Below, piece after piece: positions 22,888 to 31,810 of a stretch of DNA of 64,000 bases. The stretch spans positions 49,498 through 113,497 of the forward strand of contig NZ_JBQCGA010000009.1 of NCBI RefSeq assembly GCF_051956075.1. The letters are read 5' to 3'. The number at the start of each line of letters is the position of its first letter. Position 1 is the first letter of the stretch. Origin of the DNA: Asticcacaulis sp. GTDB lineage: Bacteria; Pseudomonadota; Alphaproteobacteria; Caulobacterales; Caulobacteraceae. Made by a program: the position numbers and the translations under genes. A model generated the notes under the pieces. The model saw only the letters and a list, made by a program, of their open reading frames with translations. It had not been told where the DNA came from and did not search any database.

Positions 22888-23937
22888 TTAGCCGAACATG
22901 TCGTCCTGCAGCGGTTCGCCGCGTTGCAGATCGCGCGTCGCGCTTTTGCCGAGGACGGACCACAGCCGCGCCGGAGGCAAGCCGAGGCCGGGGCGGATCG
23001 AGCGGATATTGTCCTTGCTCAGAGGCTCGCCTGCCTTGACGTCCCTGACCACATAGAGCGAACGGCGGAAGGTCTTGGAGCCAGCTTCCGTGCCGAGCGT
23101 ATCGTAATGGACATGGCCGAGCGCCTTCCAGGCGTCCTTGCAGTCGCGCACCAAAGCCGCAAACTCCTGCGGCTCCAGCGAAAAGGAGGCGTCCGGGCCA
23201 CCGTCCGCCCGCGCCAGCGTGAAGTGCTTTTCGATCACCGCGCCGCCCAGAGCGATCGCCGCCACCGAGGCCGCGACGCCGTGCGTATGGTCGGATAGGC
23301 CGGGCACGCAAGCGTATTTGGCTCCGAGGTCCGGCACGGTGCGCACATGGGCGTCGGTTATGTCCGCCGGATAGTTGGACACGCAATGCAAAAGGATGAT
23401 CTCGCCGGAGCCGAACTTGCGCGCGGTCTGCACGGCGGCCTCGATCTCGGACGCATTGGCCATGCCGGTGGACATGATCAGCGGCTTGCCCTTGGAGGCG
23501 GCGTAGGCGACCAGCGGCAGATCGACCAGCTCGAACGAGGCGATCTTGTAGGCGGGGGCGCCCAGGCTTTCGAGCAGATAGACCGCCGTGTCGTCGAACG
23601 GCGAGGAGAATATGGTTACGCCATGCGATTTCGCGCGTTCGAACAGGGCGGCGTGCCAGTCCCACGGCGTATGCGCTTCCTGATAGAGCTTGTGCAGCGA
23701 ATAGCCGTCCCACGGTCCGCCATGAATGAAGAATTCCGGGCGATCGGACTCCATCGTGATGGTGTCGGCGGTATAGGTTTGCAACTTGATCGCGTCGCAA
23801 CCGGTTGCGGCGGCGGCGTCGACCAGTTGCAGAGCGCGGTCGAGCGAGCCGTTATGGTTCCCCGACAGTTCGCAGATAATATAGGGTTCGTGGTCGGCGC
23901 CGATCTTACGGCCCGCAATGGTGACCTCAAGCGCCAT
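22888..23937 (-). CDS. pseI: Pseudaminic acid synthase (NeuB family)
   Basis: ELSGNHNGS, KIASFE, GLSDHT, EKHFTL, C-terminal AFP-like domain; co-located with pseBC. Confidence 0.92.
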   Translation of the reverse strand: MALEVTIAGRKIGADHEPYIICELSGNHNGSLDRALQLVDAAAATGCDAIKLQTYTADTITMESDRPEFFIHGGPWDGYSLHKLYQEAHTPWDWHAALFERAKSHGVTIFSSPFDDTAVYLLESLGAPAYKIASFELVDLPLVAYAASKGKPLIMSTGMANASEIEAAVQTARKFGSGEIILLHCVSNYPADITDAHVRTVPDLGAKYACVPGLSDHTHGVAASVAAIALGGAVIEKHFTLARADGGPDASFSLEPQEFAALVRDCKDAWKALGHVHYDTLGTEAGSKTFRRSLYVVRDVKAGEPLSKDNIRSIRPGLGLPPARLWSVLGKSATRDLQRGEPLQDDMFG

Positions 23938-25102
23938 GCAGCACCTCCGTCAGGGCGGCGATGAGGCGCGCCGGGTCTTCGTCGGCCATGTCGGGATAGA
24001 GCGGCAGGCTCAGGGTCATATCATAAAAGGCCTGAGCGCCGGGCAGGGGGCGCTGTCCGAGCGCCTGGGTTCGCCAGTAGGGCATGTCAGGGACCGGGAT
24101 ATAATGCACCTGCGTGCCGATCTCGCGCTCACGCAAACCCGCCATGACGCCTTCGCGCGTCAGTCCGAGCGCGGCGAAGTCGATGGCGACGGCGAACAGG
24201 TGGAAGACTGGATCGTGATCAGGCGCGGCCCAGCGCACGGGCAGGTTCGCCGCGCCCAACGCCTCGCGATAGGCGCCGATCAGCGCCTTGCGCCTCGCGA
24301 TGAAGTGCGGCAGCCGCGCAAGTTGCGACAGGCCGAGCGCGCAGTTGAGGTCCGGCAGGCGGTAATTATAACCCAGCTCCTGCATCTCATAGACCCACGG
24401 GCCGCGCATCTCGCCGGTAAACTGCGCCGGGTCGCGCTCAATGCCGTGCGAGCGCAGGCGGCGCAGGCGGCGCGCGCGTTCCGGGTCGTTCAGCGTGATC
24501 GCCCCGCCCTCGCCCGTGGTCAGGGTCTTGACCGGATGGAAGGAGAAGCAGGCCATGTCGGAGATTTTGCAGGCGCCGACCGGGCCTTGCGCGCCGACGG
24601 AGCCGAGCGCGTGGCAGGCGTCTTCGATGACAAAGGCGCCGTGCGTTCCGGCGACCTCAGCGATGTGGGTCAGGTCGATGACGCGCCCGGCGTAATGCAC
24701 GGGGATCACGCCTGCAAAGCGATGGTCGGGATAGGCGCGAGCAATCAGCTCAAGCGCCTCATTGAAGCTGTCGTCCGTCATCAGGCCGGTGAGCGGATTG
24801 ACATCGGCGAACAGAACCTGCGCGCCGCAATAGGCGACGCAGTTGGCCGAGGCGGCGAAGGTGACGGCGGGGACGACGACCACATCCTTTGGGCCGAGGT
24901 CTTCGCTCAGGACAGCCAGATGCAGGGCCGCCGTGCCGTTGGCGACCACCACCGCTTCCTGCGCGCCAACGGCCTGCGCCAGCTCACGCTCGAAGCGATC
25001 GACCAGCGGGCCGGTGGTCAGGAAGTCGGAGGTCAGGGCGGCGGTCACCGCGTCGATATCGCTCTGGTCGATCGACTGGCGGCCATAGGGCAGGAAGGTC
25101 AT
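23927..25102 (-). CDS. pseC: UDP-4-amino-4,6-dideoxy-N-acetyl-altrosamine transaminase (FlmB-like)
   Basis: LPYGRQSI, IEDACHA, FSFHPVKTLTTGEGG. Confidence 0.92.
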   Translation of the reverse strand: MTFLPYGRQSIDQSDIDAVTAALTSDFLTTGPLVDRFERELAQAVGAQEAVVVANGTAALHLAVLSEDLGPKDVVVVPAVTFAASANCVAYCGAQVLFADVNPLTGLMTDDSFNEALELIARAYPDHRFAGVIPVHYAGRVIDLTHIAEVAGTHGAFVIEDACHALGSVGAQGPVGACKISDMACFSFHPVKTLTTGEGGAITLNDPERARRLRRLRSHGIERDPAQFTGEMRGPWVYEMQELGYNYRLPDLNCALGLSQLARLPHFIARRKALIGAYREALGAANLPVRWAAPDHDPVFHLFAVAIDFAALGLTREGVMAGLREREIGTQVHYIPVPDMPYWRTQALGQRPLPGAQAFYDMTLSLPLYPDMADEDPARLIAALTEVLHGA

Positions 25103-26166
25103 GCCAAATAGGCGTCCATCGCCGCGCGGATGCCGCCGGCGTCGAGCCGTTCGGGATTGTTGTCTGAGGCGTAGGAAAAGCCCTCGGCGACCTTTTGCGC
25201 GCCGCGCACCTTATCGAAGCTCTTGCGCTGATATTCGACGAATTCCGGCTCGATGACATAGCGGTCGTCCAGTTCGATGGTCGAGCGCGCATCGTCGGCG
25301 GAGATCATCATTTCGTGCAGCTTTTCGCCGGGCCGGATGCCGATCATGCGGTGGCTGGCGTCGGGGGCCATCGCCAGGGCCAGATCGGTGACCAGGGTGG
25401 CGGGAATCTTCGGCACGAAGATTTCGCCGCCCTGCATGATCTCAAGGCTGGACAGTACGAAAACGACGCCCTGATCGAGCGAAATCCAGAAGCGCGTCAT
25501 GCGCGCGTCGGTGATCGGCAGCTCCGTGGCGCCGCCCGCCAGCAGACGTTTGAAATAGGGGACGACCGAGCCGCGCGAGCCGACGACATTGCCGTAGCGC
25601 ACCGCGCAGAAGCGCGTGCCGATATCGCCCGCCAGATTGTTGGCCGCGACGAAAATCTTGTCCGAGGCTAGTTTGGTGGCGCCATAGAGATTGACCGGCG
25701 AACACGCCTTGTCGGTCGAAAGCGCCACCACGCGCTGAACACGATTATGCAGACAAGCCCAGACGACGTTTTCAGCGCCATTGATATTGGTGGCGATACA
25801 TTCGGATGGATTATATTCGGCGGCGGGCACCTGTTTGAGCGCGGCGGCGTGGATCACAATATCGACGCCGCGAAAGGCCAGTTGCAGGCGTTGCCGGTCG
25901 CGCACATCGCCGAGGAAGAAGCGCAGCTTCGCCATCTTGTGCGCGTCGAACCGCTCCTCCAGATCGCAGCGCATCTCATACTGCTTCAGCTCGTCACGCG
26001 ACAGGATGATGATCTTTTTCGGATCGTGGCGCGTCAGCAGGGTCTGGACCAGACGGCGTCCGAACGAGCCGGTGCCGCCGGTGATCAGCACGACCTTGTT
26101 CTGAACGGGGTCGATGCGCGGGGCGAAGTCGCGGAAGGACGCGATGGTGGGCTGGCTGGCGGACAT
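25099..26166 (-). CDS. pseB: UDP-GlcNAc 4,6-dehydratase (inverting; FlmA-like)
   Basis: ITGGTGSFG, HAAALKQVPAAEYNP, YGATK, RYGNVVGSRGSV. Confidence 0.95.
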   Translation of the reverse strand: MSASQPTIASFRDFAPRIDPVQNKVVLITGGTGSFGRRLVQTLLTRHDPKKIIILSRDELKQYEMRCDLEERFDAHKMAKLRFFLGDVRDRQRLQLAFRGVDIVIHAAALKQVPAAEYNPSECIATNINGAENVVWACLHNRVQRVVALSTDKACSPVNLYGATKLASDKIFVAANNLAGDIGTRFCAVRYGNVVGSRGSVVPYFKRLLAGGATELPITDARMTRFWISLDQGVVFVLSSLEIMQGGEIFVPKIPATLVTDLALAMAPDASHRMIGIRPGEKLHEMMISADDARSTIELDDRYVIEPEFVEYQRKSFDKVRGAQKVAEGFSYASDNNPERLDAGGIRAAMDAYLA

Positions 26167-26215
26167 GACGGCGTTTAACTCTGATCCTACTGGCGCCGAG
26201 TGTCGGTTGGTGCGC

Positions 26216-26230
26216 TTAATGCGCCGTTAA
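26216..26230. promoter_or_regulatory. CtrA binding site upstream of pseB
   Basis: Exact TTAA-N7-TTAA, 50 nt upstream of the pseB start. Confidence 0.75.
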
Positions 26231-27003
26231 TGCGCGTCCTGAGCTGGCCCTGAGGCGTGGCGGGGCCGGATCAGATCGCCGAGCGCCTGCGGAATCAGCG
26301 CCCACGGCTCGATAAAGTAGCGGCTGAACAGGCGGCGCGGCTCATGCACGAAGCGCACCAGCCATTCCAGCCCGATCCGCCCGCTCCAGCGCGGCGGCGT
26401 GTACATCGCGCCCGCCTCGTAATCGAAGGCGGCGCCCACCGGCAGGATGACGCAGGGCGGCAGGCGGTCGAGATTTTGCAGGATCCACAGCTCCTGACGC
26501 GGCATGCCCATGCCGACCAACAGCACCTGCGGTCGCAGGGCCTGTAAATCCTTGATCAGCGCGTCATTGTCCGGGCCGTCGATGTCGAAATAGCCGGTGC
26601 GGACCTCCAGGCTGACGCCCGGATGGCGGCGCAGGATGGCGGCTTTCGAGGCGGCGTTGTGTTCGCGCGCCCCGCCGATGTGGCAGACGCGCCAGTTCAT
26701 CGCCTGCGCGCGCGCCCAGAAGTCTTCGCGGTAGTCGAGATAGGTGCAGCGATGCTGACGGCTGAGATCGTAACCAAGCAGCCGCCCCCAGGCGATCATC
26801 GGCGTCGAATCAATCTCGATCAGATCGGCGCGTGCATAGAAGTCGCGCATGGCGGCGCTTTTGCGATAGAGATAAAGGCTGTGCAGATTGTGGTTGGCCA
26901 CGACGCCGCCACGGCCTTGCGCGACGCGCGCGGCGACGAAGTCGAGCATCTGATCCGGGGTGATCGCATCGACCTCGGCGCCCAGAAGGGCATGGCGGCC
27001 CAT
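26227..27003 (-). CDS. WecB/TagA/CpsF family glycosyltransferase
   Basis: NHNLHSL, LLVGMGMPRQE, GAAFDY, GLEWLVRF..EPRRL..RY; alternative start 27024. Confidence 0.9.
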   Translation of the reverse strand: MGRHALLGAEVDAITPDQMLDFVAARVAQGRGGVVANHNLHSLYLYRKSAAMRDFYARADLIEIDSTPMIAWGRLLGYDLSRQHRCTYLDYREDFWARAQAMNWRVCHIGGAREHNAASKAAILRRHPGVSLEVRTGYFDIDGPDNDALIKDLQALRPQVLLVGMGMPRQELWILQNLDRLPPCVILPVGAAFDYEAGAMYTPPRWSGRIGLEWLVRFVHEPRRLFSRYFIEPWALIPQALGDLIRPRHASGPAQDAH

Positions 27004-27087
27004 ATGGCGGCATGATGTGTCCATGCCGCCATACTAAGTCCGCGAATTTGAGATTCCCTCAAAAGAGAGGGTGAATCGGGCCTTAAC

Positions 27088-27762
27088 CTATTCGACCGGA
27101 CGCAGGGTGATTTCGACGCGGCGGTTCTGGGCGCGGCCTTCGGGTGTGGCGTTAGTCGCGATCGGATTGGCTTCGCCCATGCCCGCGACATAGATGCGCT
27201 CGGCCTTGACCTTCTGGCCGACCAGATAACCGGCCACCGCATTGGCGCGGCGGTTGGACAGGTCGAGATTATAGGCGTCCGAGCCCTGACTGTCGGCATA
27301 GCCGACCACGTCGATATAGGTGGAAGGGTACTGGTTCAGAATGGTGGCGACATCGTTCAGCACCGGCATGAAGCCCGCATTGAGATCGGCGCTGCCCGAC
27401 GAGAAGGTCACGTCGCCCGGCATGTTGAGGACGATATTGTCGCCCTGACGGGTGATATAGACGCCGTGGCCTTCCAGCTTGGCGCGCAAGTCCTTGTTCT
27501 GGCGGTCCATATAGGCGCCGACGCCCGCCCCGGCCAGGGCGCCGATGCCGGCGCCAAGCACGGCGTTCTTGCGCGCCTGCTCGCCCTTCTTGTTGCTGAG
27601 CGCGCCCGCGGCGGCGCCCGCGACCGCGCCGATCAGGGCGCCAGTCTGGGTGTTGGAGCGGGTCTTCAGCCCGTTCGAGGTGTCGGTGGTTTCGCAACCG
27701 GCCAGAACGACTGCAAAGGCCGCCGTGGCCAGCAGGATATGAGCGGATAAGATTTTACGCAT
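27088..27762 (-). CDS. OmpA-family lipoprotein with glycine zipper (YiaD-like)
   Basis: LAGC lipobox, glycine zipper, NLDLSNRRA, NRRVEI. Confidence 0.93.
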   Translation of the reverse strand: MRKILSAHILLATAAFAVVLAGCETTDTSNGLKTRSNTQTGALIGAVAGAAAGALSNKKGEQARKNAVLGAGIGALAGAGVGAYMDRQNKDLRAKLEGHGVYITRQGDNIVLNMPGDVTFSSGSADLNAGFMPVLNDVATILNQYPSTYIDVVGYADSQGSDAYNLDLSNRRANAVAGYLVGQKVKAERIYVAGMGEANPIATNATPEGRAQNRRVEITLRPVE

Positions 27763-27958
27763 ATGAGTTCCTCAGATGAAAAGGGTGCGTCCTTTTTAGC
27801 CCATCTTGCCGCGTGCGGTATAAGAAGTGCGCCCGAAACGGCGTGACGGGATATCAGAATTCGATAAGCGCGGCCTGTAACCCTAAACCGGATCAGGACG
27901 CAAAACCGGTATAGGGTTGTGAAACGGAACGCAGGATGAAAGGCGACTCTACAGGCGG

Positions 27959-29767
27959 TTAAGGCGTCGCCTTATGACACGACCAGACGGTCTGGCTTTC
28001 CGGCGGCACGGTCAGGTAGGACTGCGACAAAAGCCGCACACGCGCCAGATTGTCATTCAGCGCCGCCACCGCGCCCGCATCGTCATGCGCCGAACAGCGC
28101 AGCGAACCCAGCGCCGTGCGCTGCGCCAGAAAGGTCTTGTACGACGCCGGATCGAGCCGGTAGTCGTAGCGGCGGAACACCGACCCGTCGGCGGACAGCT
28201 CCATGCGCGCGGCCACCGGATCGCTGTCGCCGAGGGTGAAGCGGACCAGGGTTCCGTCCGGCTGGCGCTCATACGGGGTGCGGCCGTTGACGCAGGCGTG
28301 TTTGGCGTCGAACTCGAACTCGACCGGCCCCGCGCCCGCCAGCGGATGCGACGAGGCGGCGGCATTGACCTGACAGACCATATGCACGCTGGCGTCCATC
28401 GCCACGGGTGTCGGCGCCTTGGGCTGGGTCAGGCGCTTATAGATGTCGCGGTCCTTGATCAGGAACCCGGCGACGGCGACGACGATGATCAGGCCCAGCA
28501 GGATCCAGCCCCACGGAATCGGGTGGCGCAGGCGCGGGCGCGGCACGCGCAGCGGCTTTTCGACCTTGAGCTTTTCGGCCTTGACGGGCTTCGCCTTTTC
28601 CGGCGGCGTCTCGTCCGAGAAGGCGGTCGGGGCGTCGGGTTCGCGATGTGCGTGCAGCTCGGCGCGGTGGCGCATTTCGCGGCGCACGATCAGCGCGATC
28701 AGCACCAGAACCAGCATCGACAGAATGACCATGGCGCCCAGTTGCAGGCGCTCCATGACGGCGCGGTCGGACTCGGCCTTGCGCTGTTCGTCCAGCCGCG
28801 CCGCCTGCGCCGAGGCGGCGGCGGTCAGGGCCTTGGTCAGGGCGTCGTCCTTGACGATCTCGTCCTCGGTCTTGGCGTAGCATGGGGTCGAGACAATGCT
28901 GGGCTTGATGCCCGCCGAGGCCAGAAAGGTGTTGAGCGCCGAGACGTGGGTGGCGACGAACTGCCCCGCCGCCACATCGAGATCGCCGCCCGCCGAGACG
29001 CTGGACGGCGCGGTCCAGGTGTTGACGCCGACGACCTGACCGCATTCGTTAAGCAGAGGGCCACCGGAATTGCCGTGATTGATCGGCGCGGTGTGGAACA
29101 GGGTGTCGACGCGCGAGCCGTCCGGGTTGGACGAGGCGAACAGGGCGATCGAACCTTGCGTCACATAGGCGTCGGCGGGCTCCAGCAGCGCCGTGCCGGA
29201 GCGATTGAGCAGGTGGTCGGTGACGTCGGGATAGCCCATGGCCACGACGCGCTCATTTTTATAGGGCGTCAGATAGAGCGACAGGGGGTCGATCTTGAGA
29301 TTCGGCGCGGCCAGCAGGGCTAGGTCGCCCTCGACCCACGGCTTGACCAGCTTGACCTGCTGATAAGCGGCGCCAGTGTCCTTGTGCGGTACAATATAGA
29401 TATCGACCGACGAGGCTTCGGGCGGGGCCTCGACGACGTGATAATTGGTGACGATATAGCCGGGCGCGACCACGAAGCCCGACCCCATGCCAACCGTGTC
29501 GAGCGGCTGGCCGCCGAAGCCGCGATAGACGACGAGGACGCGCACCACCGACTGCTCGGCGGTTTTCAGCGCCTTGGTCGAATTGACCGGTTGCAGCCCG
29601 GCGTCAACCATATCGGTCAGGGAGCCGCTCGACGAATCGGCGCCGCCGTCCTGCGCGTGGGCGCAAACGCCCGCCAGCAGAAGAGTCAGGCAGGCCAGAG
29701 CGACGACCGCGACAAGACGCCACGACCGCTGTAAAGGTTGCGATATTGCCGCCCCAGCTCGATGCAC
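27959..29767 (-). CDS. Membrane-bound trypsin-like (S1) serine protease with an uncharacterised C-terminal domain
   Basis: TNYHVV, DLALL, GNSGGPL triad; two downstream TM segments; start uncertain. Confidence 0.85.
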   Translation of the reverse strand: MHRAGAAISQPLQRSWRLVAVVALACLTLLLAGVCAHAQDGGADSSSGSLTDMVDAGLQPVNSTKALKTAEQSVVRVLVVYRGFGGQPLDTVGMGSGFVVAPGYIVTNYHVVEAPPEASSVDIYIVPHKDTGAAYQQVKLVKPWVEGDLALLAAPNLKIDPLSLYLTPYKNERVVAMGYPDVTDHLLNRSGTALLEPADAYVTQGSIALFASSNPDGSRVDTLFHTAPINHGNSGGPLLNECGQVVGVNTWTAPSSVSAGGDLDVAAGQFVATHVSALNTFLASAGIKPSIVSTPCYAKTEDEIVKDDALTKALTAAASAQAARLDEQRKAESDRAVMERLQLGAMVILSMLVLVLIALIVRREMRHRAELHAHREPDAPTAFSDETPPEKAKPVKAEKLKVEKPLRVPRPRLRHPIPWGWILLGLIIVVAVAGFLIKDRDIYKRLTQPKAPTPVAMDASVHMVCQVNAAASSHPLAGAGPVEFEFDAKHACVNGRTPYERQPDGTLVRFTLGDSDPVAARMELSADGSVFRRYDYRLDPASYKTFLAQRTALGSLRCSAHDDAGAVAALNDNLARVRLLSQSYLTVPPESQTVWSCHKATP

Positions 29768-29972
29768 GATATTCCGTTCCGCGCCGGTCCATCCGGCGTT
29801 TTGCGTTTCATAGCGGAGATCGTTACAAAAATCATCCCCTGCGCTGAAATTGCGCGAGGTTTAAAAAGGCCTGTGATATTTTGGCGCGGCGCGTTAAGCG
29901 CCCTTGTTCGCCGCCCCGTGACGCCGTACTCTTTACATCCGTAACCTTTTGACCGCCCGCAAAGACCCCGAC

Positions 29973-30947
29973 ATGCCTGATTCTGCTCACAAAGCCTCCG
30001 CCATCACGCCCGTTCCCCTGTCCTTGTACAATCAGGACCGTGCGGCCTTTGCGCAGGCCCTGGGCGCCTCGTTCGAGCGTTACGGTTTTGCGGTGCTGAG
30101 CGGCCTGTTCGATCCCGACGGCGCGGGTCTGGATGAGGCTCTGGTGGCGCGCGCCTATGCCGACGCCAAGGCGTTCTTCGCCCTACCGACCGACATCAAG
30201 ATGCAGTACCGCCCGGAAAACAGCCGCGGCCAACGCGGCTATACGCCGTTCGGCGTCGAGACCGCCAAGGGCCACACTGCCTCCGACCTCAAGGAATTCT
30301 GGCATGTCGGGCGCGACCTGCCCGCCGGCCATCCCTATCGCGACCATATGGCCGACAATGTCTGGCCGAGCGAGGTTGCCGATTTCAAGCCGATCGTCTC
30401 GGCCCTCTATGCCGGGCTCGACGCGCTGGGCAAAAAGGTGCTGGAGGGCATCGCCCTCTATCTGAAGCTCGACCCGCACTATTTCGACGAAAAGGTGAAG
30501 GACGGCAATTCGATCCTGCGCCTGCTGCACTATCCGCCGGTCGATAATCCTGGCGAGAGCGTGCGCGCCGGAGCGCATGGCGACATCAACGCGATCACGC
30601 TTTTAATGGGCGCCGAGGAGCCGGGCCTGCAACTGCTCGACCGCGACGGGACATGGCTGCCGATCACTCCGCCGGAGGGCTGCATCGTGATCAATATTGG
30701 CGATATGCTGTCGCGCCTGACCAACCACGTCCTGCCCTCGACACAGCACCGCGTCATCAATCCCGCCGAGGCGCGCAAGGGCTTTTCGCGTTATTCGATG
30801 CCGTTCTTCCTGCATTTCGAATCGCCCTTCCTGATCGAGACCCTGCCCGGCTGCGTGTCCGAGGACCATCCCGATCAGTATGCGGGTCAGCCGATCACCG
30901 CGCACGACTTCCTGCAACAGCGCCTGCGTGAGATCAAGCTGGCGTAA
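29973..30947 (+). CDS. 2-oxoglutarate/Fe(II) dioxygenase (IPNS-like)
   Basis: RGYTPFG, HGD..TLL, NIGDMLSRLTN..ST.HRV, RYSMPFF. Confidence 0.92.
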   Translation: MPDSAHKASAITPVPLSLYNQDRAAFAQALGASFERYGFAVLSGLFDPDGAGLDEALVARAYADAKAFFALPTDIKMQYRPENSRGQRGYTPFGVETAKGHTASDLKEFWHVGRDLPAGHPYRDHMADNVWPSEVADFKPIVSALYAGLDALGKKVLEGIALYLKLDPHYFDEKVKDGNSILRLLHYPPVDNPGESVRAGAHGDINAITLLMGAEEPGLQLLDRDGTWLPITPPEGCIVINIGDMLSRLTNHVLPSTQHRVINPAEARKGFSRYSMPFFLHFESPFLIETLPGCVSEDHPDQYAGQPITAHDFLQQRLREIKLA

Positions 30948-30950
30948 GGC

Positions 30951-31060
30951 TTAGAGCGCTTTTCGATCTGATTCCATCAGATCGAAAAGCGCTCTAAGTT
31001 TTTGCTTTGTCGCTCTTCCTTATCCAAAAAGTGGAACCACTTTTTGGGGAAACGCTCTAG
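30951..31060. repeat. Palindromic intergenic repeat, full copy (CIR/RIME/Bru-RS-like)
   Basis: 21-bp perfect stem TTAGAGCGCTTTTCGATCTGA (30951-30997) plus CCAAAAAGTGG-aa-CCACTTTTTGG stem (31024-31047); ends in CTAG. Confidence 0.85.
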
Positions 31061-31061
31061 G

Positions 31062-31406
31062 TCACAGCACGTCGAAACGGCGCTTATCCAGCACGTTCAG
31101 CACCGGCCCCAGTTCGCGCCCGCGTTTCAGGATCATGCCGGACTGGTTGAACACCGCAAAGGCGCCCTGTTTGCGCGCCAGGGCCGGGCGCTTTTCGATG
31201 CGATAGATCGGCGCCTCAGAGGTCCGGCGATAGATGTTGAAGCTGACCGCGTCGGGGAACTGGTCGATGGCGTAATCGCGCCTTTCGCCGGCGCCGACCT
31301 GCTGGCCGTATAGTCGGAGGATCAGGTTCAACTCCTTGCGGTCGAAAAACACCGGCCCGCGCGCAGGCTGAGACCCGGCATTTTCGCTGACATCCTGGAT
31401 CGCCAT
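31062..31406 (-). CDS. DUF2794 family protein
   Basis: FFDRKEL..ILRLYG, RDYAID, YRIEKRP.L. Confidence 0.85.
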   Translation of the reverse strand: MAIQDVSENAGSQPARGPVFFDRKELNLILRLYGQQVGAGERRDYAIDQFPDAVSFNIYRRTSEAPIYRIEKRPALARKQGAFAVFNQSGMILKRGRELGPVLNVLDKRRFDVL

Positions 31407-31595
31407 GGCTGACGCGACTCCTCTGACACGCCTGTGATTAAGCCAATGATTAGGCCTGAGACGTCCGCTTCGCGCAAGATCCTGACGCCGCGTTTATGAC
31501 AGGGGCGCCACGGTTTATCTCCGGTTCAGCTTTCCGCCGCGATAAGACCTTATTTCCGCCCTTCGCCCGCCGCGTTGCGCCGCCAATATCTCAAT

Positions 31596-31745
31596 GTCAG
31601 CCAAGGCGGTCGGCTCGGGTTCCTCCCTGAACAGCCCCCCAGCCCCCCTGGAATTCAAGCGGATCCCTTGGTTGACAGAATTTCCTCCCTGAGAGTCATG
31701 TCTGACGCCGCTACGTTGTCCCCTCCCGTAGCGGCGTCTTTTTTT
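31596..31745 (+). ncRNA. Candidate small RNA with C-rich (CCUCCC) loops
   Basis: Stem 31596-31606/31666-31676, two TTCCTCCCTGA copies, 12-bp terminator stem with C-rich loop and T7; no credible plus-strand CDS feeds this terminator. Confidence 0.6.
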
Positions 31746-31760
31746 GTGCGCCTGCGCAGC

Positions 31761-31789
31761 AAAAAGCCGCCCCGGTCGGAGCGGCTTTT
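31761..31789 (-). terminator. Intrinsic terminator of nrdB
   Basis: AAAAAGCCGC..GCGGCTTTT hairpin just downstream of the nrdB stop. Confidence 0.7.
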
Positions 31790-31810
31790 GCGTCTTCCGG
31801 TGGAGGGTGT

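Noticed and set aside
30951-31060. Palindromic repeats as a CRISPR array
   Set aside because: The copies are dispersed kilobases apart, with no repeat-spacer periodicity and no cas genes
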